From IMG/VR virus record IMGVR_UViG_3300005977_000075, positions 1 through 17,869 of that record: DNA of 17,869 bases; one strand, 5' to 3'. A program made the translations under genes and the position numbers. The stretch's first letter is position 1; the number at the start of each line of letters is the position of its first letter. Below, piece after piece: positions 7,378 to 16,311 of the stretch. Under the pieces are notes generated by a model. That model did no database searches and was not told where the DNA came from. It saw nothing but the letters and a program-made list of their open reading frames with translations.

Positions 7378-7929
7378 TTACATTTCGCTCCACATCCCGG
7401 TTGCCATAAGGACGTATATTACGCTCATCACTTCTCCGAACGATGCTATGAAATCGATAATTAACGAGAGGTCATGGACAAACAGCTGTATTGGCGGAGC
7501 GATGAACGGCAACGATATGTTGGACGTCATAGGTAGCAGTATAGCGGTGAAAAACACTAAAATGCTTTCAAAACTATTGAAAATGAATTGAAGTAGTAAA
7601 TAAATGAAGATTATTTGCATAGTACTCATATTTTGCTGTGACAAGTTCAGGAGATAATTCCTTGTAAATAGTGCAGAAATAGTAGCTAGTCCTGCTATTG
7701 CTCCTCCTGCTATTATGCCGGCACCTTGAAAAACACTCCCTAGAACATGTTCTAGGAACAATACTAGGTTGAACGACAACAATAACGATATGTAATTTCC
7801 AAGTGCGGGGTCTGTTGAATACTCATTGAAATTAATCAAGGTTACCAGCAGATCGACGAGAAAAGTCGAATATATTATACCTTCGTTGATCCTGTAAAAG
7901 ACAGTTGCGAGTGAACCTATCAGTCCCAT
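7378..7929 (-). CDS. Multi-pass membrane protein, 183 aa
   Basis: Several long hydrophobic segments. Leaderless-type gene with TTTTTAAT about 22 nt upstream, overlapped by AAACATATGTTT. Confidence 0.85.
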   Translation of the reverse strand: MGLIGSLATVFYRINEGIIYSTFLVDLLVTLINFNEYSTDPALGNYISLLLSFNLVLFLEHVLGSVFQGAGIIAGGAIAGLATISALFTRNYLLNLSQQNMSTMQIIFIYLLLQFIFNSFESILVFFTAILLPMTSNISLPFIAPPIQLFVHDLSLIIDFIASFGEVMSVIYVLMATGMWSEM

Positions 7930-8000
7930 GAGATGATTTTAGTTCTTAGATTAAAAAAACATATGTTTTAGCTCTAAGGTTCTTCTCAGCACCTTCTCTT

Positions 8001-8032
8001 AGGCTAACAATTATGAAGGCTAACAATTATGA
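8001..8032 (+). repeat. 16-bp tandem duplication AGGCTAACAATTATGA x2 overlapping the stop of 8027-8653
   Basis: Read directly. Confidence 0.9.
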
Positions 8033-8653
8033 GTAATCAGCGTGGATCTTGAAAAAAAGGTAATAACCTAAGGAGTCCTTTGAGGGTATAGGTGTTCTAT
8101 CGGCAACTAATGCGTGTAATAATGCTCCGCTTAGCTCAGATATATAAGGGAATACTTCTTTTTTCTTTATATATATCCGTATAGGCATCCCGAAAAATCC
8201 TACTAGGAAATTAGCGATGTTGAATATATCTTTAATCCTAGAATCTTTTGTTGTTTTTATGTTAGTCTTATGTAGTTTTAAGTACACTGTTGTTACGAAG
8301 CGTAAATACAACGAATAATAAGCGGTTATTAGGAAATTAGGGTTATCAGAATTTAATACCTCTTTGTAGAACTCCTCTTCATTTGTCTTCAACCCGTCAA
8401 TAAGTTTTTGTAACCCGTTCATTACCATATTAACGTATTCTTCTATAGTCCCGTTACTGTCAAACATAAATCCAAAATCCTCCTTTATTTTTTCAGCTTC
8501 TTTTGACAGCATTTTTAACTTGTCCTTGTCTTCATTTAGGGCTAACATTAGCATATCCTCATGCTCACGTTTGGCTAAATAATCCCACATCTCCAAGCGG
8601 ACAGGGAAATATTCTTCTAAAAGGCGAGAAAGGTTAGCTAACATAATTACCAA
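8027..8653 (-). CDS. Hypothetical alpha-helical protein, about 205 aa
   Basis: Long ORF; AAAAG-TTAAATAT BRE/TATA upstream on the minus strand. Confidence 0.8.
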   Translation of the reverse strand: MVIMLANLSRLLEEYFPVRLEMWDYLAKREHEDMLMLALNEDKDKLKMLSKEAEKIKEDFGFMFDSNGTIEEYVNMVMNGLQKLIDGLKTNEEEFYKEVLNSDNPNFLITAYYSLYLRFVTTVYLKLHKTNIKTTKDSRIKDIFNIANFLVGFFGMPIRIYIKKKEVFPYISELSGALLHALVADRTPIPSKDSLGYYLFFKIHADYS

Positions 8654-8755
8654 TCTAATTTAGTTAGAAGGTTAGTATATTTAACTTTTGATCGGTTGCC
8701 GTGGAAGGGCGTTGAGGAGGTCAGCAATTTAAAGCGAACATGGTAAGTTATAGAC

Positions 8756-9274
8756 ATGAAGCGAGGGTACAGGAAAAAAATCAAGAGGGTAAAGACACAC
8801 AACCACGCCATACACATATATGCATTTCCATGGGAGTGTTACAAAGTCAGGGAAATAAGCGATGATGTTTATGAATTGTTCCAAGCAGATTGCAACGACC
8901 CAGAAGCTAAAAGAAAAGCGGAGACTTCAGTGACAATAAACGTGAAAAAGAGGGGTATATACAACATTTTGTTATTTCCAGAGAAGATAGTTTTCAAATT
9001 AGCGAAAGAAGAACATAGATACACTGTAACTAATTTACTATTTTTCCCCAGAAAAGTATACGATCTGCAATTCGATGACGAGAACCTTATTTTAAAATAT
9101 GTATATCCTTCTGGGAAAAAAGTAGGCACTGTGAAAATCAAGTTAATGAAACCCGTTGTATTTGAGAGAGATAAAAAAGACCACTACAGTATAATGAAGT
9201 TCGGGAAACCTGACGATTACCAGATTTTGAAAAAAGAAATTCTGGAAAAGGTGGAAGTTGTCGCTAGTAAATGA
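8756..9274 (+). CDS. Basic hypothetical protein, 172 aa
   Basis: TTTAAAG TATA about 22 nt upstream (leaderless); overlaps the ATPase gene, suggesting an operon. Confidence 0.8.
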   Translation: MKRGYRKKIKRVKTHNHAIHIYAFPWECYKVREISDDVYELFQADCNDPEAKRKAETSVTINVKKRGIYNILLFPEKIVFKLAKEEHRYTVTNLLFFPRKVYDLQFDDENLILKYVYPSGKKVGTVKIKLMKPVVFERDKKDHYSIMKFGKPDDYQILKKEILEKVEVVASK

Positions 9275-10181
9275 TTATATAAAATTAAATGATACCGACC
9301 CAGAAAAGGCACTCTTGAGAGTAGATTACAATACACTGTTACCTATGTTCGAAAAATACTACACACAGGTGTATGATGCTAATGTGAAGTTCATCGATTT
9401 CCCCTACATGGAGAAACAGTACATTGAATTATCTAGAAAATATTACATGGAAGGTATTGCCGATTTAACGGTTCTCATGATGCATACAATATACCAGATC
9501 ACGATAGACAGAAAGGAACACAAGTTCGAAAAAATAAGACCTGTCCCGATTGACACCGGTCAGACGACGATCGTTAGCGGGGAGTCCAGGGGAGGGAAAT
9601 CCTCATTGGCGTTGTGGCTTGCGTACGCGTTATATGGCGATTGGGACGTCGCTATCGCACACATTATCATCGATCCGTTGCAACTCGACGACCTAATTGA
9701 GGGAATGAAAACATACGGGATAAACAAGATCCCGATGATAATTATTGATGATGCCGGTATAGGTTTCGGAAAACAGGTAGGGAAGATGGACAGACTTAGA
9801 CTAGAAAAGATACATAAATATGCACAGACATGGGCAATAAAGTTCAGTAACGTGTTGATGACTATACCGTCGGAAACTAGGCTTTCTGGTGTATTGATGA
9901 AAGCCATGCCATCGTCGTATGCTATTACAATAAAACCATTGACAATGATGACGTCTGAGGCTCACGTATACAAGAACGTTGTCAACATCACAGGAAAGTT
10001 ACTGAAGACTAAACATACACTTAGGGATTACAACAGTGTTAACGTTGGGCTTATCTTAAAGAACGAGCTAAAAAACAAGTATTCGCATATAGTGTATACA
10101 CCAAGGCTAATGCCAGACGAAGCTTACGTGAAATATAAGCAACTCAGAGAAGACTATCTATACATTATCGCGAAGATGTGA
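9258..10181 (+). CDS. P-loop ATPase (possible viral packaging/morphogenesis ATPase)
   Basis: Walker A TIVSGESRGGKS and Walker B MIIIDDAG; GGTGGA SD before the TTG start. The specific role is inferred. Confidence 0.88.
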   Translation: MSLVNDYIKLNDTDPEKALLRVDYNTLLPMFEKYYTQVYDANVKFIDFPYMEKQYIELSRKYYMEGIADLTVLMMHTIYQITIDRKEHKFEKIRPVPIDTGQTTIVSGESRGGKSSLALWLAYALYGDWDVAIAHIIIDPLQLDDLIEGMKTYGINKIPMIIIDDAGIGFGKQVGKMDRLRLEKIHKYAQTWAIKFSNVLMTIPSETRLSGVLMKAMPSSYAITIKPLTMMTSEAHVYKNVVNITGKLLKTKHTLRDYNSVNVGLILKNELKNKYSHIVYTPRLMPDEAYVKYKQLREDYLYIIAKM

Positions 10182-11147
10182 ACCTTTTTTTACAGAGGGG
10201 ATTGAGGAGGAACTCAACCTACTTATTATTTCTCTTCTTCTCAGCGGGAACTCTGTAGCAATTGCAGTTAGGATGCCGTAAACTATTCCAGTTACCCCAA
10301 AAAGTTCCTGGAAGAGCAAAGTCCACAGATAAACCCCGTAACTCACCTCGCCTAAGAAGACCGTTACACGACTAAGTACCCTGGGTGGCTCCACGATAAG
10401 GAGGGCGAAAGCGGGTAACGCCAAATTGTAAATCAAGAACCTTGTGAAGAACTCATATACAAATTCATTAGAGGAAAATACAAATGTAATAAGAACATAT
10501 TGAGCGTAAAGTATTAGTATGAAATATTTGGCTTTTTTGGCTGGTTCACCTTTCTGTTTCTTCTTCAAAAGGTAAGCAATTATTCCCCACCCGTATGCCC
10601 CTAACCACAAGGGTGGCATGAAGTAAAGTAAGTGGAACTCGTCGTAAGGAAGGAAGACGATAAAGAGACTGTAGAAGAACGATATAAATACCAATAAAAC
10701 AGCTGTTTGAAACTTTGCTTTATCGCTCACTCCATGAATGACGGGGATAGCTAAGTACATCCATTCCTCCAGCTGGAGAGACCAGAAGAGATATTGAAAG
10801 GAAAACGGTGCAAAAACGAAGGAAACAAACGCAAAATGGAGTATCAAGTCGTAATACGTCACGCCCATATGGAACACGTATCTGTCGGCTAAGAATACAG
10901 TGACTACGGCAAGGAAGTAGAGTGGCCATATCCTCCTCACCCTTCTCGTGAAGTAACGAGCTAGTGAGGGGTTTTCGTCGAGTCTGTTCAGAAGGAGAAA
11001 AATCGATAGCTCGAAAAATAGGGGAACACCCAACCAACCAGGACGGAAAAATGTGAGAGGGACTAGTTGAAGAGTCCACAGATGATATAAAGCTACAGAA
11101 AAAGCAGAGAAAAAACGTAGCTGGGCTATTCTAGGGTCATACTCCAT
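10158..11147 (-). CDS. Acyltransferase family 3 (OafA/YrhL-like membrane O-acyltransferase)
   Basis: RIAQLRFFSAFSVALYH, GWLGVPLFFELS, YFTRRVRRIWPLY, FWSLQLEEWMY and FLGEVSYGVYLW match the AT3 motif series; about 10 TM segments. Confidence 0.92.
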   Translation of the reverse strand: MEYDPRIAQLRFFSAFSVALYHLWTLQLVPLTFFRPGWLGVPLFFELSIFLLLNRLDENPSLARYFTRRVRRIWPLYFLAVVTVFLADRYVFHMGVTYYDLILHFAFVSFVFAPFSFQYLFWSLQLEEWMYLAIPVIHGVSDKAKFQTAVLLVFISFFYSLFIVFLPYDEFHLLYFMPPLWLGAYGWGIIAYLLKKKQKGEPAKKAKYFILILYAQYVLITFVFSSNEFVYEFFTRFLIYNLALPAFALLIVEPPRVLSRVTVFLGEVSYGVYLWTLLFQELFGVTGIVYGILTAIATEFPLRRREIISRLSSSSIPSVKKGSHLRDNV

Positions 11148-11878
11148 TTTAGTCGCCTGGCATATATCATGCCGATCTTCTTGTTTCCTTTAATTGTAAC
11201 GTTAAACCCTGATGCTCTAAGCAGATCTGCAAGATGTTGAACGCCGTTATGATATTCTATGATAATTGTGTGATATCTACTAATCAAACGTGGTGGAACA
11301 GCACCAAAGAAATCGTATTCACACCCTTCACAATCGACTTTAAGTACAGACTCATAAGGAATATTATATTTCAGCGTTATAATATCTAAATTATTCGAAA
11401 GTCCACACTCACAACGAATCGGCTCAACGACGTCTTTTACATTGTTTTCCCTTATGTTCTTCTCTAAGTACCACACATTAACGTCAAACGCATAGACTTT
11501 CTTTGCACCGTTCAAGACAAAATAAATTGGCGAATCGCCTATCCCCGCACCGACATCAACTACTGTCCTTCCTTTTACATCAACATCATATGCACCGTCT
11601 CTGAAAATTTCCCCGAGAGCCACGAAACTATTTGTATCGAAATAGAACTTTAGTATCCTGTCCCTGTATCTAACTTGTATAAATCTATCATCAACATAAA
11701 TTACGTCAAGATCGCGTAACGTTGTAAAGAAATAAGCGTGCCATTTCGACTTTATTTCTACTTCCAACCCGTTCCTTAAGTTAGCTGTGAAAGGGAACTT
11801 GTTTAATGCTGTCTTAAACATGACATTTAACGGATTATGATATGCGGACATATACGCCTTAAACGTTTTGAAATCCAT
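11126..11878 (-). CDS. FkbM-family SAM-dependent methyltransferase
   Basis: VVDVGAGIGDS (motif I), KVYAFD, LKVDCEGCEY, IIIEYH. Confidence 0.92.
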   Translation of the reverse strand: MDFKTFKAYMSAYHNPLNVMFKTALNKFPFTANLRNGLEVEIKSKWHAYFFTTLRDLDVIYVDDRFIQVRYRDRILKFYFDTNSFVALGEIFRDGAYDVDVKGRTVVDVGAGIGDSPIYFVLNGAKKVYAFDVNVWYLEKNIRENNVKDVVEPIRCECGLSNNLDIITLKYNIPYESVLKVDCEGCEYDFFGAVPPRLISRYHTIIIEYHNGVQHLADLLRASGFNVTIKGNKKIGMIYARRLKWSMTLE

Positions 11879-11945
11879 GGTCTTTATCTTGTGCGTGTTG
11901 TAATTAAAAATGTGAAAAACAACTGTTTAATATCTTCATTCATTA

Positions 11946-13946
11946 TCACCATGTCCCAGTGACAGGGAAAGAGTCGGACTTCAACATTTTCTCCCTTATT
12001 ATTGTCATTTTCACCCTTATTTCGGTCAGTGATTCTATAATGTCATTTGCTAATTCGTCCTCAGTTTTTTGCATTAATTCTTCATAGTTAAAGCTACGGC
12101 AGTACCCAATGCCGTCTGGCAGGGTATATTGTGGACATTCATATTCTTCATAATCCTCATCACCTTCGCGATGAGACAAGTTATTTTTATTCTGTAGTAA
12201 CTTGTTGTACAGTACTACAGCTTTCTGGAATAATTCTGACACTGCCCCCCTCACATCGTCACCAATCGAACTATAATCTCTCTCGTACTCCACAATTGCT
12301 TCATCGTAACCCCTAATGAAGTACAACATGTTCTTTACCACACTTATATCATCATCATCTGAATAACGCCCAGATAACCCAGCATACTCTAAGAAAATCG
12401 GTACAGGCATATGACCCTCATTTGTACTGATTAAGGAATGGTATGATGATAACCTTTGCTGTTTATCCAGTTCTAATGCCACATTACAATGCTTATCGAA
12501 TATACAGTTAATCTCAGCAATATCCTTAATCGGCGATGTAAAATCTGGGACTTTGTCCCTCACATAACCAATCGTCTTATCGATAACTTTGATGGTAGTA
12601 TCAACAAACTTCTCAACGTATTGTTTGACCTGATTGAACGGCATTGGATAGAAGTACCTTTCCTCAATTTGCCTGTTAATTATATCTGCAACTTTCTCTT
12701 TACTGAGGTTTTTGAGTCCATTAAAGTCCCTCACGTCAAAATACCACAAATAAGTCCTTAGAGATGTTAAGAGCTTATTTTCTTCATAAACACCGATGTG
12801 AATTTCGTCTTCGTGTCCTTTTATTACTATATATTTGTAGCCTTTTATTACTATATATTTGTAGCCGTTGTCTATTTCAAAGCTATCAGCACTTTGTGTG
12901 ACATTAACTCCTAATAATAATTGCAAATATTTTTGGACGTTTTTGGACGGAACTATATGGTAGTAATCTCCACCACAACTATCAAATATATAATAATCTC
13001 TAGGCTCGTAAAACAGGAGACTTTCTTTCTTTGGATTTATATCATGTATTGTCTGCATTGGGTCAATATTTAGTATATTTAGTATTCTAGCGACTTTTAG
13101 CAGATAGTCATAATGCACTTTAATGAACCAAAAGTCGTTTTTGTGGAGCTCAATACTGACAGGGACATTAAGCCTTGACATTTTCTCAATTATAGGAAGT
13201 ATATCAGCTCCCCAGTTCTCATCCTTTAGTTCTAGTACTATATTATTCAGGGATACTTCGGTACCATCAGTTGTTATTTTGTTAAACCTTTCAATTACCG
13301 GCATTAACTTATCAATTACCGGCATTAACTTATTCAATATCTTCTTCAGGTTTTCCTTCCCTTTGCCTTCTAACCCTAGCTCCTCACCATAAGCTTTTAT
13401 GGCAAATTCGGGTTTTGATAAAGACAATTTATCTAAGACGTCTCTGACGTCCTGGTCTATGAAATCTCTAATTTTTTTGTATATTTCCCAATTCTTTATA
13501 CTTAAAATGATGAATTTCTTTGTTTCTTTGTCGTATAAAAGAGAAATTTTGCCTATGATATCTATTAAAATCATGTCGTTTTTAATAGTAGAAAGGGCTA
13601 TCTCATCATTATCAGTAGTTAAGTTAAGGTTAATTAGTTCCTCTGGCAACGGTTCTAGCTTAAAGACACAGAAAAAACCTAGTTCTGAAAACTTTAGTTT
13701 ATCAATGTTTATATTAAATAGTTGAGATAAATTTGACAAAACCTGGTCAGCCTTTGAAAAATAGGGTGTCCTGATGTATACGTCGCCACTAGAGTCTACA
13801 ATGAGAGTAAACTCTTTACCCCGAGAGAAACAACTGTAGTAGTAACCGTTAAGACCACATACTTCGTTATTATATTCTTCACGACACTCTACTCCTATAC
13901 TTTCTATACTTTCTATAATTTTTTTTACTCTTTCTACCATTTCCAT
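11946..13946 (-). CDS. Large hypothetical protein, 666 aa, with two in-frame tandem duplications
   Basis: Long ORF with GYKYIVIK x2 (12817-12864) and KLMPVI(D/E) x2 (13291-13332). Its promoter has the same type as that of 5053. No family recognised. Confidence 0.88.
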   Translation of the reverse strand: MEMVERVKKIIESIESIGVECREEYNNEVCGLNGYYYSCFSRGKEFTLIVDSSGDVYIRTPYFSKADQVLSNLSQLFNINIDKLKFSELGFFCVFKLEPLPEELINLNLTTDNDEIALSTIKNDMILIDIIGKISLLYDKETKKFIILSIKNWEIYKKIRDFIDQDVRDVLDKLSLSKPEFAIKAYGEELGLEGKGKENLKKILNKLMPVIDKLMPVIERFNKITTDGTEVSLNNIVLELKDENWGADILPIIEKMSRLNVPVSIELHKNDFWFIKVHYDYLLKVARILNILNIDPMQTIHDINPKKESLLFYEPRDYYIFDSCGGDYYHIVPSKNVQKYLQLLLGVNVTQSADSFEIDNGYKYIVIKGYKYIVIKGHEDEIHIGVYEENKLLTSLRTYLWYFDVRDFNGLKNLSKEKVADIINRQIEERYFYPMPFNQVKQYVEKFVDTTIKVIDKTIGYVRDKVPDFTSPIKDIAEINCIFDKHCNVALELDKQQRLSSYHSLISTNEGHMPVPIFLEYAGLSGRYSDDDDISVVKNMLYFIRGYDEAIVEYERDYSSIGDDVRGAVSELFQKAVVLYNKLLQNKNNLSHREGDEDYEEYECPQYTLPDGIGYCRSFNYEELMQKTEDELANDIIESLTEIRVKMTIIREKMLKSDSFPVTGTW

Positions 13947-14058
13947 TCCTGGTCAAACATATGTATGCCAAAACTGGTATTTAAACCTTTTTGCCTAACC
14001 AGTTAGACAAAAAGTAGGGTGATGGAAAAACAGCTGTTGGAGCTATTTTCTCTTTCGT

Positions 14059-14101
14059 CCCACCTCAAGGAGGGAGACGTCTGCCCCCTCAACCCCTGCC
14101 C
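14059..14101 (-). mobile_element. Degenerate IS200/IS605-like left-end remnant abutting the TATA box of the RHH gene
   Basis: CCCACCTCAAGGAGGGAGACGTCTGCCCCCTCAACCCC aligns with CCCACCTCACGGAGGAGGACTTACGCCCCCTTAACCCC in the 14457-14557 element; followed by TATTTAAA. Confidence 0.55.
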
Positions 14102-14132
14102 TATTTAAAAATAATCTGGCAAGAACATAATC

Positions 14133-14450
14133 ATGGGAAAAAGAATCGTCTCGTTTAGAATAGAACGTAGTGCACTTGAATTGATTGATTCTAAGAACAA
14201 GAATAGATCTTCAGTGATGAGAGACGCTATAAACTACATTATCCGGGAAGGTATAACAAAGGACGATATACTAATAGCCCTATCCATCCCGATAGACGAG
14301 AAGAGGCAAACAAGTGTTAAAATCGATGAAGAGACGTTAGACAGGCTAAAACTAATTGCGGAAGAGAACCATATACAAGTAAGTGAACTCATGAGAATCG
14401 CAATATGGAAACTCCTCCTGAAAGACGGAGCAGTTAGTGTGCCCCAGTGA
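14133..14450 (+). CDS. Tandem ribbon-helix-helix (CopG-like) transcription regulator
   Basis: Two RHH units: RIVSFRIERSALELID...NRSSVMRDAINY and RQTSVKIDEETLDRLKLIAEENHIQVSELMRIAIWKLL. Leaderless, TATA at 14102-14109. Confidence 0.88.
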   Translation: MGKRIVSFRIERSALELIDSKNKNRSSVMRDAINYIIREGITKDDILIALSIPIDEKRQTSVKIDEETLDRLKLIAEENHIQVSELMRIAIWKLLLKDGAVSVPQ

Positions 14451-14456
14451 ACTTTT

Positions 14457-14557
14457 GTGAACTACCCCGCCCTAATGGGGCTTCCTGCTTCAAAGGTGGC
14501 TATCCATCCCCCACCTCACGGAGGAGGACTTACGCCCCCTTAACCCCCCAGAAACTA
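14457..14557 (-). mobile_element. Miniature non-autonomous IS200/IS605-like element (left end plus right end, about 100 bp, no ORF)
   Basis: On the minus strand: TTTAA, then GGGGTTAAGGGGGCGTAAG...GGGGATGGATAGCC (left-end-like), then GAAGCAGGAAGCCCCATTAGGGCGGGGTAGTTCAC (right-end hairpin ending TCAC). Near-identical copy at 17036-17146. Confidence 0.7.
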
Positions 14558-14595
14558 TTTAAACACTGCTCAAACATATGTTTAAGTGACACCAG

Positions 14596-14814
14596 TTGAA
14601 CCCGTTTGCAGTATTCTTTATCGCAGTTTTTGTCCTAATACCGTTTTTATTGCTTATCGTAGTTTTGGCAAACAACTTTACCGGATTATTTTATAGCATA
14701 GATGGGAGTTCATTTACACCAGTGGCAAATACTGTAAACTACATGTTGTGGGCATTCGTAGTTTTGGCAATAGCTTTGGTTGCAGTCCTGATAATATACA
14801 AGAAATATACGTGA
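14596..14814 (+). CDS. Small two-helix membrane protein, 72 aa; possible minor capsid protein
   Basis: Two hydrophobic helices, an N-F-T sequon in the linker and a basic C-terminus (IIYKKYT), as in spindle-virus capsid proteins. Confidence 0.65.
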   Translation: MNPFAVFFIAVFVLIPFLLLIVVLANNFTGLFYSIDGSSFTPVANTVNYMLWAFVVLAIALVAVLIIYKKYT

Positions 14815-14849
14815 ACTGACCGTCCTAAGGGAACCCTCGCCCTTTACGG
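14811..14849 (+). mobile_element. Truncated tnpB 3'-end/right-end-like fragment
   Basis: GTGAAC...CGTCCTAAGGGAACCCTCGCCCTTT resembles the Sulfolobales orfB/tnpB terminus (coding RPKGTLAL, from memory); the second hairpin arm is missing. Confidence 0.45.
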
Positions 14850-14922
14850 TAGACCCAAAATCACCTCCTTGAAATTAAAAGAGGAAAATAATTAATAAAT
14901 AATTCTAGATTTTAAAAAAAGT

Positions 14923-15564
14923 TTAACTTTTATTTGTTAAAGCTTCTAAATCAGGCAACGTATGTTCTATATCGTATAATACGCTGTCTATCTCATCTAG
15001 TAAAATGCTTAATACCTCTAATTTATTACTGTCGTCCAGTTCATCATAAAAGCCCTCCCAATAACCTATTTCCTCATAATAGCCATAATTTTTCACTCCG
15101 AAGACGGTATCGCCTATCTTTTTGTACCAATAATCCAAATCATCACCACTTAATGGCTTCTTGTTTTGTAATGCACGCTTGATTGCATCAGCGAATTTAA
15201 CTAATACCTCGTCGTAAGCTTGTAGACGTCTAGCTTTACTGGCGTCATCAAGCTCATCGTTTTGCACTATATTTTGATATAACATCTGTAATTCATCGCC
15301 GAGAGAACCACCGGCTTTTAGGCTCATCGTTTCCTTCCACAAACTCTCATATTCCTTTTTCACCTCGTCCCAGAAGTTGTCTGAATTTTCAATCGCTTTG
15401 TCGAGATCTTCAGCTTCATTCTCATCAAGGTATGCATCTACAAAAACGTCCAATTGGTCTGGGTTGTGGTCTGTCAAGCACCCGAGTGGTGTGTCGCCAC
15501 TAATATTTTCACAATAATTGGCTACTCTGTCCATCACGAGTTGAGCTACATCACGTGGTTCCAT
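14923..15564 (-). CDS. Highly acidic hypothetical protein, 213 aa
   Basis: About 50 D/E versus about 20 K/R by hand count. Own promoter (AAACAGCTGTTT-GAGAAAG-CTTATATT) and T-rich downstream tract. Confidence 0.88.
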   Translation of the reverse strand: MEPRDVAQLVMDRVANYCENISGDTPLGCLTDHNPDQLDVFVDAYLDENEAEDLDKAIENSDNFWDEVKKEYESLWKETMSLKAGGSLGDELQMLYQNIVQNDELDDASKARRLQAYDEVLVKFADAIKRALQNKKPLSGDDLDYWYKKIGDTVFGVKNYGYYEEIGYWEGFYDELDDSNKLEVLSILLDEIDSVLYDIEHTLPDLEALTNKS

Positions 15565-15638
15565 TTTTATTCCCGATACAAAATTCCTGAGTCGGGAATA
15601 TAAGGCTTTCTCAAACAGCTGTTTTATTTATTTAGGTA

Positions 15639-15733
15639 CGGACTTCCTCCCCTCACTGGTAGGGCGAGGGAAGGCTAAGCATTTCCTATGCTTCTCCGGA
15701 GGGTGAGGTTTTCCATCCCCCTTAACCCCCAAC
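15639..15733 (-). mobile_element. Miniature IS200/IS605-like element of a second subtype (degenerate)
   Basis: Minus strand: TTTATAAA, then GGGGGTTAAGGGGGATGGAAAACC (left-end-like), then CCCTCGCCCTACCAGTGAGGGGAGGAAGTCCG (right-end-like; compare GGGGAGGAAGTCAG). Confidence 0.5.
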
Positions 15734-15813
15734 TTTATAAACTTTCCGTTTCAAATCAATCGAAGTGCGGGGTTTTTAAGTATTTCCTGTGTACTCTAAT
15801 ATTAGGACTGGTC

Positions 15814-16278
15814 ATGACAATTGAGGACAGAATTTATCGTTTAATTAAACTTTTGCTTTACACTGCAAAAGAGGAGAATGCAAAAGTCACTCCGACCAAA
15901 CTGCAGAAGATTTTCTTTTTACTTGAGAAAGAGAAGGGAATTAATCTAGGACTGGATTTTGAGCCTTGGTTCTTCGGTGCTTACTCGTCGAAATTACAAG
16001 ATTACGTCCATAAACTAATCGCAATAGGAGACGTCGACGTTGTAAAGGAGAAAAAAGTAAGAGATCCATTGAGCGGAGCAATAATAGGGTACGTAAGGAA
16101 TCATGTTTTAAACAGCGAATTTAAGCCTGAGGAACAAGACAAGGAGATTGAGGCATTTTTCAGGGAATGGGTCAAGAAGAGCAAAGACGAGATCATGAAC
16201 TACGCGTATCGGAAATACCCTGAATACTTTGAATATTCTAAGATTAGAGATCACATTTTTAGCAAGTTGAAAAGGTAA
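15814..16278 (+). CDS. SocA/Panacea (DUF4065)-like antitoxin, 154 aa (start revised to ATG 15814)
   Basis: VTPTKLQKIFFLLE...FEPWFFGAYS and YAYRKYPE match the KLQKLLY...F-x-W-x-x-GP pattern. The longer start at 15688 lies inside the mini-element. TTTTTAAG TATA at about 15773. Confidence 0.75.
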   Translation: MTIEDRIYRLIKLLLYTAKEENAKVTPTKLQKIFFLLEKEKGINLGLDFEPWFFGAYSSKLQDYVHKLIAIGDVDVVKEKKVRDPLSGAIIGYVRNHVLNSEFKPEEQDKEIEAFFREWVKKSKDEIMNYAYRKYPEYFEYSKIRDHIFSKLKR

Positions 16279-16311
16279 ACTACCCCGCCCTCACGGACGG
16301 GGTCTCAGGTG
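16275..16311 (-). mobile_element. IS200/IS605-like right-end hairpin overlapping the stop codon of the SocA-like gene
   Basis: Minus strand: CACCTGAGACCCCGTCCGTGAGGGCGGGGTAGTTTAC, with hairpin CCCCGTCC/GGGCGGGG; the same end as the 14457 and 17036 copies. Confidence 0.65.

Noticed and set aside
15688-15813. N-terminal extension of the SocA-like ORF
   Set aside because: It starts inside the mini-element and spans the TATA box; ATG 15814 fits the promoter spacing and the domain start.
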